Positions 19,870-30,389 are shown, numbered from the stretch's first letter. The stretch is 64,000 bases of DNA from Gemmatimonadota bacterium (GCA_039586365.1 JBDHKN010000011.1:1-64000); one strand, 5' to 3'. A program made the numbers and translations. The notes: a model not told the origin generated them from the sequence alone.

Positions 19870-20277
19870 ATGACGACTTCTGTTGAGCCCGAGCTTCGCT
19901 GGCATGCTGTGGGGCGGCGCAAGACCAGTGTTGCCCGCGTGTATCTGATTCCAGGATCGGGGAAATGGGATGTGAATGGTAGGACCCTGGGTGACTACTT
20001 TCCTCGGCGGTCACTAATCCAGCACATACAGCAGCCGTTCGTAGCTACCGACACCCTGGGCGCGTTCGACGTCAAAGCCCGTGTGAATGGTGGTGGATTG
20101 ACGGGTCAGGCGGGAGCCATCCGCCTGGGTATTGCCCGAGCCCTGCTGGGAGCCGACAACCAGCATCGCCGCAGACTGCGTGACCTCGGTCTCCTGACCC
20201 GGGACCCTCGAGCGGTCGAGCGGAAGAAGCCAGGCCGCCCTGGGGCGCGGAAGCGCTACCAGTTTTCCAAGCGTTAG
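19870..20277 (+). CDS. rpsI: 30S ribosomal protein S9
   Basis: [21 protein letters not shown]-terminal QFSKR. Confidence 0.97.
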   Translation: MTTSVEPELRWHAVGRRKTSVARVYLIPGSGKWDVNGRTLGDYFPRRSLIQHIQQPFVATDTLGAFDVKARVNGGGLTGQAGAIRLGIARALLGADNQHRRRLRDLGLLTRDPRAVERKKPGRPGARKRYQFSKR

Positions 20278-20296
20278 AGGCAAGAACTCGGAACGA

Positions 20297-20380
20297 CTCA
20301 CACCGTTGGATACCGCTCTGGGTGTTCGCTGCTGGCAGCGGATCGGAGCCGGAGTCGAAGGCGGTGGACGAACAACCCAC
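20297..20380 (+). ncRNA. rpsB (S2) leader RNA, t44-like
   Basis: CACCG/CGGTG outer stem, internal GGGTG and downstream AACCC (pseudoknot-capable), directly 5' of rpsB. Confidence 0.7.
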
Positions 20381-20394
20381 GGGAAAAGGCATAA

Positions 20395-21372
20395 ATGACA
20401 CAACCAGAGCTACAGGTTTTGCTGCAGGCCGGCGTCCATTTCGGCCAGCAGACCCGCCGCTGGAATCCCAAGATGCGGCGGTTCATCTTTGCCGAGCGGT
20501 CTGGTATCTATCTCATAGATCTCCAGAAGACGCTGCGGCAGCTCAAAGCTGCTCAGGATCTGATGCGAGAAGTCGTACTCAGGGGCGACAACGTACTGCT
20601 CGTTTGCACCAAGAGACAGCTCAATCAGATAGTCAGAACCGAGGCCGAGCGCTGTGGTGCGCACTGGGTAACGGAGCGCTGGTTGGGTGGGACGCTGACC
20701 AATTTCCACACAGTGCGGAAGCAGATCAGGCGACTGAAGGAGTTGGAGCAAGGGCAGGAGGAAGGTGCGTTCGACTTCTTCACCAAGAAGGAACAGTTGA
20801 GATTCGACCGGGAACGGCAGAAGCTCAACAGGAACCTCGAAGGCATCAAGAATATGGGCCGGGTCCCAGGAGCGCTGTTCGTAGTCGACTCGAAGAAGGA
20901 GCGAATCGCCATCGCGGAGGCCAACAAGCTTGGGATTCCGGTCGTCGGAATCGTCGACACTAATGCTGACCCCGACCTCATCTCGGTACCGATTCCGGGG
21001 AATGACGACGCGATCAGATCTGTTTCTCTCATCACCGCTGCGATTGTGGACGTGATTGCGGAGGCCCGCACGCAAGTGCCCGCCCGAGAGATCGCGGTTG
21101 ATAGCGACACGTTCACAACGTACAGCACTGATGGTGGAGAGGGCGAAACCGAGGAAGCTCAGAAGCGACGCAGACAGAGGCGGAAACGCCGTCCCAAGCC
21201 CGAGGCCATCGTAGCTCGACTCAGGGCGGAGCCCGGTACCGCCGAGAGTGGGGATTCCTCCGAGGGGAAACAGGAAGGCTCGATCCCCGCTGAGGTCACC
21301 AGCGCGTCGGGAGGGTCGGAGAGTACTGCGGAGAGTGCGAGCACCGACACAAGCAAGGAAGGTCAGGAATAG
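20395..21372 (+). CDS. rpsB: 30S ribosomal protein S2 with long C-terminal extension
   Basis: AGVHFG..RWNPKM, RWLGGTLTN, DTNADP, PGNDDAIRS. Confidence 0.97.
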   Translation: MTQPELQVLLQAGVHFGQQTRRWNPKMRRFIFAERSGIYLIDLQKTLRQLKAAQDLMREVVLRGDNVLLVCTKRQLNQIVRTEAERCGAHWVTERWLGGTLTNFHTVRKQIRRLKELEQGQEEGAFDFFTKKEQLRFDRERQKLNRNLEGIKNMGRVPGALFVVDSKKERIAIAEANKLGIPVVGIVDTNADPDLISVPIPGNDDAIRSVSLITAAIVDVIAEARTQVPAREIAVDSDTFTTYSTDGGEGETEEAQKRRRQRRKRRPKPEAIVARLRAEPGTAESGDSSEGKQEGSIPAEVTSASGGSESTAESASTDTSKEGQE

Positions 21373-21403
21373 GACTCTGGCTCGTTCGGGGTCGAATGCA
21401 TCG

Positions 21404-21449
21404 CCGCCGCCGATCGAGTTCCTGTGGATCTTGAGGCGGCGGTTCTTGT
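21404..21449 (+). terminator. Stem-loop between rpsB and tsf (attenuator/terminator-like)
   Basis: CCGCCGCC (21404-21411) pairs with GGCGGCGG (21435-21442), followed by TTCTTGT. Confidence 0.45.
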
Positions 21450-21484
21450 ATCGATTGACGGCTACCGGTTAACAGGATTTTGGG

Positions 21485-22087
21485 ATGGCAACTCAGATTT
21501 CAGCGAAAGATGTGAGCGCACTCCGGGCCAAGACGGGTGCCGGCATGATGGACTGCAAGAAGGCTTTACAGGAAACGGGCGGTGACATCGATAAAGCCGT
21601 TGATTTCCTGAGGCAAAAAGGGATCGCCAAGGCAGAGAAGAGGTCTGGCCGGGTCGCTCGTGAGGGCACTATCGGCCACTACGTGCACTTCAATGGAAGA
21701 GTGGGAGTCCTCGTAGAGCTCAACTGTGAGACGGATTTCGTTGCGCGCACTGACGACTTCAAGGAGTTGGCGCGAGACCTAGCAATGCATATCGCCTCGG
21801 CCCGCCCCATCGCGGTGACGGCCGATCAGGTCCCGGAGGAGATCTTACTGCGCGAACGATCGATATTTGAGAAGCAGGTTGAGGAGACTGGCAAGCCCGA
21901 GGCGGTCCGCGCCAAGATAGTTGACGGTAAGCTCAACAAGCTGCTCAAGGAGTTGGTCCTCATGGATCAGCCGTTTGTGAAAGATGACAAGAAGAGCGTC
22001 GGGGAGCTTGTCAAGGAAGTCTCGGGAAAGGTGGGTGAGAACCTGGTTGTTCGCCGGTTCGTGCGCCAAGAACTCGGAGAAGAATAG
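21485..22087 (+). CDS. tsf: Translation elongation factor Ts (short form)
   Basis: [26 protein letters not shown]. Confidence 0.97.
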   Translation: MATQISAKDVSALRAKTGAGMMDCKKALQETGGDIDKAVDFLRQKGIAKAEKRSGRVAREGTIGHYVHFNGRVGVLVELNCETDFVARTDDFKELARDLAMHIASARPIAVTADQVPEEILLRERSIFEKQVEETGKPEAVRAKIVDGKLNKLLKELVLMDQPFVKDDKKSVGELVKEVSGKVGENLVVRRFVRQELGEE

Positions 22088-22800
22088 TGACCGAGCTCCC
22101 GTATCGGCGGGTCTTGCTCAAACTATCTGGAGAGGCATTGGCCGGTGAGCGAGGTTTCGGGATAGACTATGGGGTTGTTGACCACCTTGCGGATGAGATC
22201 CGTGACGTGTTGGAACTAGGCATTGATCTGGGGTTGGTAGTGGGCGGGGGCAACATCGTCCGGGGTGCGACTGCCAGCCGTGAAGGAATGGATCGGGTTT
22301 CGGCCGACTATATGGGTATGCTGGCAACTGTCATCAATGCCCTCGCCGTTCAGGACATCTTGGAGCGCAAGCAGATCGATACGAGAGTGATGACGGCGAT
22401 AAGGATGGAGCAGCTTGCTGAGCCTTATATAAGGCGACGAGCCCAGCGGCACCTGGAGAAGGGACGGACCGTATTGTTCGCTGGTGGAACGGGGAACCCC
22501 TACTTTTCCACTGATACGGCGGCGGTGCTGCGCGCTCTTGAGATCGAAGCGGACTTGCTGATCAAAGCCACAAGTGTGGACGGAGTGTATGCGGCAGATC
22601 CGAAGAAGGACCCGGACGCGGAGTTCATACCCGAACTCACCTTCCACGATGCAATAGTACGCGGACTAGAAGTGATGGACAGCAATGCCTTTGGTCTATG
22701 TAAGGACAACCAACTACCCATCGTAGTAATGAACGTCAACCAGCGCGGCGCCATCGCAAGAGTCCTTCGCGGCGAGCGCGTCGGCACACTAGTCCGATGA
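22087..22800 (+). CDS. pyrH: UMP kinase
   Basis: [23 protein letters not shown]. Confidence 0.97.
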   Translation: MTELPYRRVLLKLSGEALAGERGFGIDYGVVDHLADEIRDVLELGIDLGLVVGGGNIVRGATASREGMDRVSADYMGMLATVINALAVQDILERKQIDTRVMTAIRMEQLAEPYIRRRAQRHLEKGRTVLFAGGTGNPYFSTDTAAVLRALEIEADLLIKATSVDGVYAADPKKDPDAEFIPELTFHDAIVRGLEVMDSNAFGLCKDNQLPIVVMNVNQRGAIARVLRGERVGTLVR

Positions 22801-23351
22801 ATACACTGCCAGAAGCCACCAAGCACGCGAAGCAACAGATGCGGAAAGCGGTCGACAACACAAAACGGGAGTTGGCCACGATCCGTAGCAGCAAGGCGAC
22901 CACGAGTCTACTCGATACTGTGCGAGTGGACGCGTATGGGCAGCAGATGCCCCTCAACCAGGTCGCTTCTGTCAATGCCCCCGAACCGCAGCTCCTCACC
23001 GTTCAGCCCTGGGACAAGGCATTGATCGGGGCAGTTGAAAAGGCCATCCTCACGGCCGATCTGGGCCTAAACCCCTCCAATGATGGCAACTTGATCAGGG
23101 TGCCGCTGCCACCGCTAACCGAAGAACGTCGTAAGGATTTGGTGAAGATCGTCCACAAACTCGCCGAGGAGGGCAGGATAGCCGTTCGGCACGTGCGCAG
23201 TGAGGCCATCTCGGCGATCAAGAAGATCGAGCACGTGTCAGATGATGAAAAGCACCGCAGTGAGGGCGACGTCCAGAAGTTACACGACGAAGCAATTGAC
23301 CAGATTGCGGCGATCGTTGTCGCTAAAGAAGAAGAGATCATGGAGGTCTGA
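22797..23351 (+). CDS. frr: Ribosome recycling factor
   Basis: [27 protein letters not shown]. Confidence 0.97.
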   Translation: MNTLPEATKHAKQQMRKAVDNTKRELATIRSSKATTSLLDTVRVDAYGQQMPLNQVASVNAPEPQLLTVQPWDKALIGAVEKAILTADLGLNPSNDGNLIRVPLPPLTEERRKDLVKIVHKLAEEGRIAVRHVRSEAISAIKKIEHVSDDEKHRSEGDVQKLHDEAIDQIAAIVVAKEEEIMEV

Positions 23352-23387
23352 GCTCGGCCTGGACCCAGGTCGGTTGCGTGGCAATCT

Positions 23388-24248
23388 ATGCCCTCGAATC
23401 TGCAGCGCCGCACCGCCGTAGTTGGGATAGCCGTTCCCGCGGCACTCGGAGTGGTCTACGTGGGTGGTTGGGCTCTGGTCGCGGGTCTGGCTGTGCTCGG
23501 GGTGGTTGGTACCTCTGAACTCTATCGTCTTGCCGAGAGTGGTGCTGTGCACCCGATCCGGGAGATTGGATATCCCGCTGCCGTTCTCGTTCCGTGCCTG
23601 GTATTCGCCACCGCTCGTGGCGGGCTCGAACTCGACCATAGCTACGTCCAGTTCGGCTCTGTCATTGCTCTGATGTCTGTGATGGCGCTTGCTGCCTGGA
23701 GGCGCGGTCCCGCCGAGAGACCCTTGGCCGCAATATCAATCACGGTCTTCGGAGTGCTTTACGCGAGCGTGATGCCAGCGTTCCTTATTCTCATACGCCA
23801 TCCCGCCGCACCCTTGTCGTCGTGGGCTGCCACGTGGCTCGTCTTCCTCCCGCTGGTCGTCGTTTGGCTGTGCGATTCCGCCGCCATGGCCGGTGGCTCC
23901 TTGATCGGCGGCAAGAAGCTGGCGCCGGTGCTGAGCCCCAACAAGACCTGGGCCGGAGCGGTGGTGGGTGGGGGCGTGTCAGTGATTGTGGCACCCTTGT
24001 ACGGGCACCTGCTGCTGCGACACGTGGGGGTGTCAATCCCAGTGTGGCAACTCATGGCGTTTGGGTTGCTGGTCTCTACGGTGGGACAGGTGGGAGACCT
24101 GGCAGAGTCGCTGTTCAAGCGTGAGGTTGGGGTGAAAGACTCGGGGGCGTTTTTCCCGGGGCACGGTGGTGTGTTGGACCGTCTTGACTCGCTCTATTGG
24201 GCGATTCCGACGGCCGTACTTTTGCTCACCGTGTTTAGGGCAATATGA
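23388..24248 (+). CDS. cdsA: Phosphatidate cytidylyltransferase
   Basis: SPNKTWAG, GDLAESLFKR..VKDSG..PGHGGVLDRLDS. Confidence 0.95.
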   Translation: MPSNLQRRTAVVGIAVPAALGVVYVGGWALVAGLAVLGVVGTSELYRLAESGAVHPIREIGYPAAVLVPCLVFATARGGLELDHSYVQFGSVIALMSVMALAAWRRGPAERPLAAISITVFGVLYASVMPAFLILIRHPAAPLSSWAATWLVFLPLVVVWLCDSAAMAGGSLIGGKKLAPVLSPNKTWAGAVVGGGVSVIVAPLYGHLLLRHVGVSIPVWQLMAFGLLVSTVGQVGDLAESLFKREVGVKDSGAFFPGHGGVLDRLDSLYWAIPTAVLLLTVFRAI

Positions 24249-25381
24249 CGGTTGGAGTGGCGGTACTGGGGTCGACAGGTTCGATCGGCACGAGCACCGT
24301 CAGAGTGCTCGAGCGCAACAAGAATCGCTTTACGGTGATTGCACTCACCGCATATGGATCGGAGCGACTTCTCAGAGAGCAGGCCGCTGCCGTCGAAGCG
24401 AAGTTCGTGGGGTTGGTTGCCCGCTCTGGCGATGCCGGGGGTGAGTCCGAACAGAGCTGCAATGGTCGGGAGTGTCTGGTTGAGGCGGCCACCCGTCCGG
24501 ATGTGGATATTGTGGTGAACGCTGTTGTCGGGGCCGCTGGGCTCGAGGCAACCTTGGCTGCTCTGAGCGCTGGGAAGAGGGTGGCACTGGCCAACAAAGA
24601 GACACTGGTCATGGCGGGGGAACTCGTGCTCCGGACCGCCCACGACCGGGGTGGTGAAGTAGTACCGATTGACTCCGAGCATAGTGCAGTTCTGCAATGC
24701 GTGAACGGGCGACCCGAGTCTGAGTTGCGCCGGCTGATCCTCACTGCGTCTGGAGGTCCGTTCAGAGAGTGGCCGCAGGAACAGATGCATGCTGCCACGA
24801 TAGAAGATGCGCTAGCCCATCCCACCTGGCAGATGGGGCCCAAGATCACAGTGGACAGCGCGACTCTGGCGAACAAGGCTCTGGAGGTGATTGAGGCGCA
24901 CTATCTGTTCGGATTGGGGTATGAGCACATCGATGTCGTGGTGCACCCGCAGTCGATCGTCCACGCGTTCACGGAGTTTGTGGACGGTTCAGTTCTGGCA
25001 CAAGTCGGTTTTCCCACAATGGAGCTGCCTATCCTCTACGCGCTGACATACCCTGATCGGATACCGGACGATGCTGTGCCGCGGTTTGACCCAATTGAAG
25101 CCGGTCCGCTTACCTTCGAGGCCATGCGGAAGGATGCCTTTCCGACGTTTCTAATTGGGGTGGAGGCTGGGCGGGCTGGCGGTACTGCGCCGGCCGTGTT
25201 CAACGCTGCCAACGAAGTAGCCGTCCAAGCTTTCTTAGAGGGGCGAATCGGCTTGGGCAGGATCCCCGTAGTTATCGAGAGAATACTGCGGGCCCACACG
25301 GCGTCCCCGGCCGACTCTCTCGGCTCGGTTTTGGAGGCCGACGGATGGGCCCGCCGAGAAACGGAGGCCGCGTGCTGCTGA
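24245..25381 (+). CDS. dxr: 1-deoxy-D-xylulose 5-phosphate reductoisomerase
   Basis: LGSTGSIG, LANKE, PIDSEH, HPTWQMGPKITVDSAT. Confidence 0.97.
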   Translation: MTVGVAVLGSTGSIGTSTVRVLERNKNRFTVIALTAYGSERLLREQAAAVEAKFVGLVARSGDAGGESEQSCNGRECLVEAATRPDVDIVVNAVVGAAGLEATLAALSAGKRVALANKETLVMAGELVLRTAHDRGGEVVPIDSEHSAVLQCVNGRPESELRRLILTASGGPFREWPQEQMHAATIEDALAHPTWQMGPKITVDSATLANKALEVIEAHYLFGLGYEHIDVVVHPQSIVHAFTEFVDGSVLAQVGFPTMELPILYALTYPDRIPDDAVPRFDPIEAGPLTFEAMRKDAFPTFLIGVEAGRAGGTAPAVFNAANEVAVQAFLEGRIGLGRIPVVIERILRAHTASPADSLGSVLEADGWARRETEAACC

Positions 25382-26739
25382 CAGTTGCCGCGTTCATATT
25401 CGTTCTTGGTGTGCTGATATTCGTTCACGAATTGGGACACTTCATGGCTGCCAAGGCTGTCGGCATTGCCGTACCTCGATTCTCGATCGGATTTGGCCCT
25501 GCCACTCCTCTGTCCTTCACACGCGGGGAGACTGAGTACCGAGTCTCCTGGATTCCGCTGGGCGGCTACGTGAAGATGGCGAGCAAGGAAGAGCAGGAGG
25601 CGATGGGGACGCTGGAGGGTGGTGAACTCGAACAGGAGTATCCAGCAGATCGCCTGTTCGAAAACAAGTCGCTCGGAGCGAGAATCGTAGTTATCTCGGC
25701 AGGCGTGATAATGAATGTCCTGTTCGCCTGGGCGGTCTACACTGCGGTGTCGGCCATCTTGGGCAAAGTGGAAGATCCGACCACTAGGATTGCGCGGGTG
25801 GATGAGGAAAGACTGCCTGCGGCCGCTGATGGGTTGGCAGGTCTGCCGTTTGGCGCTCAGGTAGTGCGGGTTAACGGCGACACAATGGCGTCTTGGGACG
25901 CAATCTATGGAGCAATCGCCGATGTTACGTCGGATCGGCTACGGTTTGACTTTGCGGGCGGGATCGATCCCGTCATCGTCGACATTCCCGGAACCGACGC
26001 ACACGCACGAATCGAGCTGTTGGGTGCTTTGTTCCCCTTGTGGGAGGCCCGAGTCGGCCTCGTGGAGCCAGGCAAGCCCGCCGCCACGGCCGGCTTGCGG
26101 CGCGGCGACCTTGTAGTTCAGATCGATGGTGACACGATCAGGTCGTGGCACGAAATGACGGATAAGATCGAGCCGAGCGCGGGGAAAGCGCTGACCTTCT
26201 CCATTGCACGGGAAGACCGGCTCGAGGATCTAACGATCGTACCAGAAGAGGTGCCAGAGCGGGATATCACGACCGACTCAACCAGACTTGTTGGCAAGAT
26301 CGGGATCGGTCCGTTGCGGGAATCACTGCACGTCCGATATGGACCGTTGGGGGCTTTGGCAGAAGGAGCGAGATTGACGGCGGACGACGCCGGAAAGGTG
26401 TGGTTCACACTCAAGGGCATGGTGCTCCGCAAGATCTCGCCACGGGAACTAGGCGGGCCGATCTTCATCGGCCAGGTTTCCGGGCAGTTCGCTGCAGCGG
26501 GGTTTGTTCCGCTCATCTACTTCATGGCTTTCCTGTCGGTCAATCTGGCCATTTTGAATCTGTTGCCGATTCCGGTGCTCGATGGAGGTCACCTCGTGTT
26601 CTTGTTGATCGAGGGTGTCCGTGGCAAGCCCTTGTCGCTGGCCACTAGGATGCGCCTCACGCAAGTGGGTCTGTTCGTGCTGCTCGGGATAATGGTGTTG
26701 GCACTCACCAATGATCTGTTCAGGGTGATCGGAGGGTGA
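25372..26739 (+). CDS. rseP: RIP metalloprotease RseP (M50, PDZ)
   Basis: HELGH, GGYVKM, NLLPIPVLDGG; start placed at GTG 25372. Confidence 0.95.
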   Translation: MLLTVAAFIFVLGVLIFVHELGHFMAAKAVGIAVPRFSIGFGPATPLSFTRGETEYRVSWIPLGGYVKMASKEEQEAMGTLEGGELEQEYPADRLFENKSLGARIVVISAGVIMNVLFAWAVYTAVSAILGKVEDPTTRIARVDEERLPAAADGLAGLPFGAQVVRVNGDTMASWDAIYGAIADVTSDRLRFDFAGGIDPVIVDIPGTDAHARIELLGALFPLWEARVGLVEPGKPAATAGLRRGDLVVQIDGDTIRSWHEMTDKIEPSAGKALTFSIAREDRLEDLTIVPEEVPERDITTDSTRLVGKIGIGPLRESLHVRYGPLGALAEGARLTADDAGKVWFTLKGMVLRKISPRELGGPIFIGQVSGQFAAAGFVPLIYFMAFLSVNLAILNLLPIPVLDGGHLVFLLIEGVRGKPLSLATRMRLTQVGLFVLLGIMVLALTNDLFRVIGG

Positions 26740-26839
26740 GTGTGGCGCAGTGAACCATGGCCACCCTGAACGACAGTACCGTCTCGACCTCCCATTGATC
26801 GGTTTTCGCATAGCTGCGCCTCGCCAGTGGCCGCCCACC

Positions 26840-27832
26840 TCAGCTTCCCAGTATGACCACCAGTGCTGCCACTAGGACGGTCAGCAAGGCTGCCGCCACC
26901 GCCCAGAGCAGGCGACGCGACAACGGTGGCGCCGTGCCGGCCAACGCGATCTCGCTGGTGGAGGCTGGTGCCGTCCCCAGTGTAGTGCTGCTGGGTTCAC
27001 AACCGCCGATTTGATCCAGTTCGTCCCCGAGGGCTTCGGCCGACGTGTAGCGGTCATCCGGATGTTTCGCGAGGCACCGGAGGATCACGCGTTCGCAGCG
27101 GCGGGACAGGTCCGGTCGTTGCTCCCTGGGAGGAACTGGTTTCTCTTCTACGTGCATACGTGCCAATTCAAACCAGTCAGTTGACCGAAACGGAACTGCG
27201 CCGGTTGCGGCTCGATAGAGGGTGATACCGAGCGAGTATATGTCGCTTCGTCCGTCGACCTTGTGCCCTTGCGCCTGTTCCGGCGAGATGTATTGGGGGG
27301 TTCCGATTGTCATGTGTGCGCCAGTAGCGTTGACGTACTCCGAGATGGCACGAGCAATGCCGAAATCGCCTAGCGCGGCGGTGCCGTCATGTGAGACAAG
27401 CACGTTGTCACCCTTGATGTCGCGGTGGACTATTCCCTGCGCGTGTGCGAATGCCAGCCCGGCGGCGACATGCCGACCGATCCTCAACAGCCGCTCTTCG
27501 GAGAGCGGTCCAGTACGGTCCACCAGAGACGTTAGGGAGTCCGGATACAGCTTCATAGTGTAGTACGTGAAATAGTCGAAGTGCCCGACATCCAGGATAG
27601 GCACGAGGTTGGGGTGAACCAAGGTCGTCGCGAGGGTGAATTCTGCTCGGAAGCGTGCTTCGAATTCTGGATCAGCAGAATAACGCGGTTTGAGGAGCTT
27701 CAGAGCGACTGGATCAGGTTCATTTTCATGCTGGGCCTGGAACACCCATGCGAATCCGCCCTCTCCAATCAGCCTCCGCAGGGTGAAGGCTCCGACTTGG
27801 CGGCCCAGGAAATCTCGGTGGTTTATGACCAT
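26840..27832 (-). CDS. Hanks-type Ser/Thr protein kinase with C-terminal membrane anchor
   Basis: IGEGGFAWV, VALK, HRDIKGDN, DFG, GTPQYISPE, SDIYSLG; terminal hydrophobic helix. Confidence 0.92.
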   Translation of the reverse strand: MVINHRDFLGRQVGAFTLRRLIGEGGFAWVFQAQHENEPDPVALKLLKPRYSADPEFEARFRAEFTLATTLVHPNLVPILDVGHFDYFTYYTMKLYPDSLTSLVDRTGPLSEERLLRIGRHVAAGLAFAHAQGIVHRDIKGDNVLVSHDGTAALGDFGIARAISEYVNATGAHMTIGTPQYISPEQAQGHKVDGRSDIYSLGITLYRAATGAVPFRSTDWFELARMHVEEKPVPPREQRPDLSRRCERVILRCLAKHPDDRYTSAEALGDELDQIGGCEPSSTTLGTAPASTSEIALAGTAPPLSRRLLWAVAAALLTVLVAALVVILGS

Positions 27833-27842
27833 CCTATCAGGC

Positions 27843-27871
27843 TTTACAGAGCGAAGTGAGACGGGTAAATT
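27843..27871 (+). promoter_or_regulatory. Sigma70-like promoter of rpsO
   Basis: TTTACA-17-TAAATT about 65 nt upstream of the rpsO ATG. Confidence 0.55.
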
Positions 27872-27936
27872 TGCGTGCTAAGGTAAAATACGGGTTACGT
27901 TGATGTCGCCCGCGCCCTGTCGAGGATATAGCATAG

Positions 27937-28197
27937 ATGAGCTTTGACAAGCAAGCCGTGGTTCAGAAGTACCAAAAGCATGCCGGCGATACTGGGTCCG
28001 CTCGGGTCCAGGTTGCGGTACTCACTGAGCGGATCAACACGCTCACGGACCATTTTCGAACGCACGCCAAGGATCACCACGGGCGGCGCGGACTGCTCGC
28101 GATGGTGAGCAAGCGCCGCCGCCTGCTGGATTACCTCAAGCGCACCGACCTCGAAGGCTACCGTCAACTCATCACGGAGCTCGGGCTCCGTCACTAA
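27937..28197 (+). CDS. rpsO: 30S ribosomal protein S15
   Basis: [33 protein letters not shown]. Confidence 0.97.
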   Translation: MSFDKQAVVQKYQKHAGDTGSARVQVAVLTERINTLTDHFRTHAKDHHGRRGLLAMVSKRRRLLDYLKRTDLEGYRQLITELGLRH

Positions 28198-28216
28198 AGG
28201 GTGGGCGTGGGCCTGA

Positions 28217-28249
28217 GGCGTCCGAGATGAGCACCTCGGGCGCTTTCGT
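28217..28249 (+). terminator. Stem-loop between rpsO and pnp
   Basis: GGCGTCCGAG / CTCGGGCGCT stem followed by a short T-rich run. Confidence 0.5.
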
Positions 28250-28278
28250 CCATTCCGGGTGCTCTCACAAGGAAAAAA

Positions 28279-30384
28279 ATGGTTAGTCACGTAGAACGGC
28301 TGTTTGCCGGGCGCAATCTCCGGATGGAAACCGGGCGCCTGGCGAAACAGGCGGCAGGCAGTGCGATAGTCCAGCATGGCGAGACTATGGTACTGGCCGC
28401 GGTAATTGTGGCAGATTCCGAGACCCACCTTCCCTTCTTCCCGCTCACAGTCGAATACCGTGAGAAGAGCTATGCCGCTGGGAAAATCCCCGGTGGGTTC
28501 TTCAAGCGCGAGGGCCGCCCGTCGGAGGAGGAGATACTTGCTGGCCGACTGATCGACCGTTCGATTCGCCCGTTGTTCCCGAAAGGGTTCAACAACGAGG
28601 TGCAGGTCTTCGTCTATGTTCTCTCGGCGGACCAAGAGAACGATGCGGACGTTTTGGGTCTCACCGCTGCTTCCCTAGCCGTGGCGCTCTCGAAGATCCC
28701 ATGGCAGGGTCCGGTTGCCGGTGTTAGGATTGGCCGCGTCGATGGCGAGTGGGTCGTGAACCCGACCTTCCACCAGCTCGAGGGCAGCGATATCGACATG
28801 GTGGTAGCAGGCACGGCCGACTCTTTGACCATGGTTGAGGGTGGTGCGCTGGAGCTTCCGGATGATGAGATCGCGAATGCGCTCGAATTCGCTCACCAGG
28901 CGCTGGCCGAATTGGTGGAATTGGAGCAGGAGGTTGTCAGCCAGGCCGGGATACCCAAGATGGAATGGGAAGCTCCAGTACTGGTGACGGAAGCGGTACA
29001 GAGAGTGACGGATTTGGCTGAGGAAGGGATTAGAGAGGCTCTGAACCTCGCGGAGAAGTCGGAGCGGGCTCAGGCGCTGAGTTCAGTCAAGTCAGACGTG
29101 ATCGATCAGCTATCGGAGGAATTCGCCGAGAACTTGAACGATGTCAAGGCGGTGCTTGATGAGATAGAGTATCGCACGATGAGGTCTCAGGTGCTGGATC
29201 ACGGGGAGCGGATCGATGGACGCGATCTCGATACGGTGCGGTCCATCTCTTGTGAGGTCGGTCTCCTGCCACGCGCTCACGGTACCGCCTTGTTCACGAG
29301 GGGGCAGACGCAGGCTCTGGTGAGCACAACACTCGGGACCGTGGCAGACGAGCAGAGGATCGATAACATTGACGTTCCCCAAGAGACCACGAAGAGCTTC
29401 ATGCTGCACTACAACTTCCCATCGTTTTCGGTGGGAGAGGTGCGGCCGATACGAGGGGTGTCGCGTCGGGAGATCGGCCACGGCAGTCTCGCCGAGCGGG
29501 CGCTGCAAGCGCTGCTGCCGCCTTACGATGTGTTCCCGTACACCATCCGCGTGGTCTCCGACATTCTCGAGTCCAACGGTTCCTCTTCCATGGCAACGGT
29601 ATGTGGCGGCTCACTCGCTCTGATGGATGCGGGCGTACCGCTCAGGTCTTCGTGTGCCGGAGTCGCCATGGGACTGATCAAGGAGGGTGACCGTGTGGCA
29701 GTACTTACGGATATCCTGGGCACCGAGGATCACTTGGGCGATATGGATTTCAAGGTGGCCGGAACCAAAGATGGAGTCACAGCGATCCAGATGGACATCA
29801 AAATCCAGGGGATCTCGATCGGGATAATTCGGGACGCGCTCAAGAAGGCGTATGCAGCACGTCTGCACATTCTAGACGTGATGGCGCTCACTCTAGCAGA
29901 GGCCCGCAGCTCCCTCTCCAAGTATGCGCCCCGCATCATCACGATTCAGGTAAAGCCGGATCGGATCGGAGATATCATAGGACCCAAGGGTAAGATCATC
30001 CGTGGCATCCAGGAGCAAACCGGTGCCGACGTCAACGTGGACGATTCAGGTATGGTGACCATCTCCTCCACGGACGGGACCGGTGGTGAGCGGGCACGCG
30101 AGATGATCGAGGGTATTGTGCAAGAGCCCGAAGTAGGCAAGGTCTATGAGGGTGTAGTGAAGAGCACGACGCAGTTCGGCGCGTTCGTTGAGATCATTCC
30201 GGGGGTGGAAGGTCTGCTACACATATCGGAGATGCAGCACGAGCGTACGAATCGGACCGAGGACGTCGTCAGGAAGGGTGACATGGTGAAGGTGAAGCTC
30301 CTCGAAGTAGATTCCCGGGGAAAGATGCGACTCTCGCGCAAGGCGTTGCTCGACAAGCCCGCCCAGGATTCAGAAACGAGCTGA
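28279..30384 (+). CDS. pnp: Polyribonucleotide nucleotidyltransferase
   Basis: FFPLTVEY, RREIGHG, ESNGSSSMA, GDMDFKVAG, KH and S1 domains. Confidence 0.97.
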   Translation: MVSHVERLFAGRNLRMETGRLAKQAAGSAIVQHGETMVLAAVIVADSETHLPFFPLTVEYREKSYAAGKIPGGFFKREGRPSEEEILAGRLIDRSIRPLFPKGFNNEVQVFVYVLSADQENDADVLGLTAASLAVALSKIPWQGPVAGVRIGRVDGEWVVNPTFHQLEGSDIDMVVAGTADSLTMVEGGALELPDDEIANALEFAHQALAELVELEQEVVSQAGIPKMEWEAPVLVTEAVQRVTDLAEEGIREALNLAEKSERAQALSSVKSDVIDQLSEEFAENLNDVKAVLDEIEYRTMRSQVLDHGERIDGRDLDTVRSISCEVGLLPRAHGTALFTRGQTQALVSTTLGTVADEQRIDNIDVPQETTKSFMLHYNFPSFSVGEVRPIRGVSRREIGHGSLAERALQALLPPYDVFPYTIRVVSDILESNGSSSMATVCGGSLALMDAGVPLRSSCAGVAMGLIKEGDRVAVLTDILGTEDHLGDMDFKVAGTKDGVTAIQMDIKIQGISIGIIRDALKKAYAARLHILDVMALTLAEARSSLSKYAPRIITIQVKPDRIGDIIGPKGKIIRGIQEQTGADVNVDDSGMVTISSTDGTGGERAREMIEGIVQEPEVGKVYEGVVKSTTQFGAFVEIIPGVEGLLHISEMQHERTNRTEDVVRKGDMVKVKLLEVDSRGKMRLSRKALLDKPAQDSETS

Positions 30385-30389
30385 GCCTG

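Noticed and set aside
23352..23387. LDPGRL peptide resembling an UppS N-terminus
   Set aside because: Six residues with no start codon; could easily be chance
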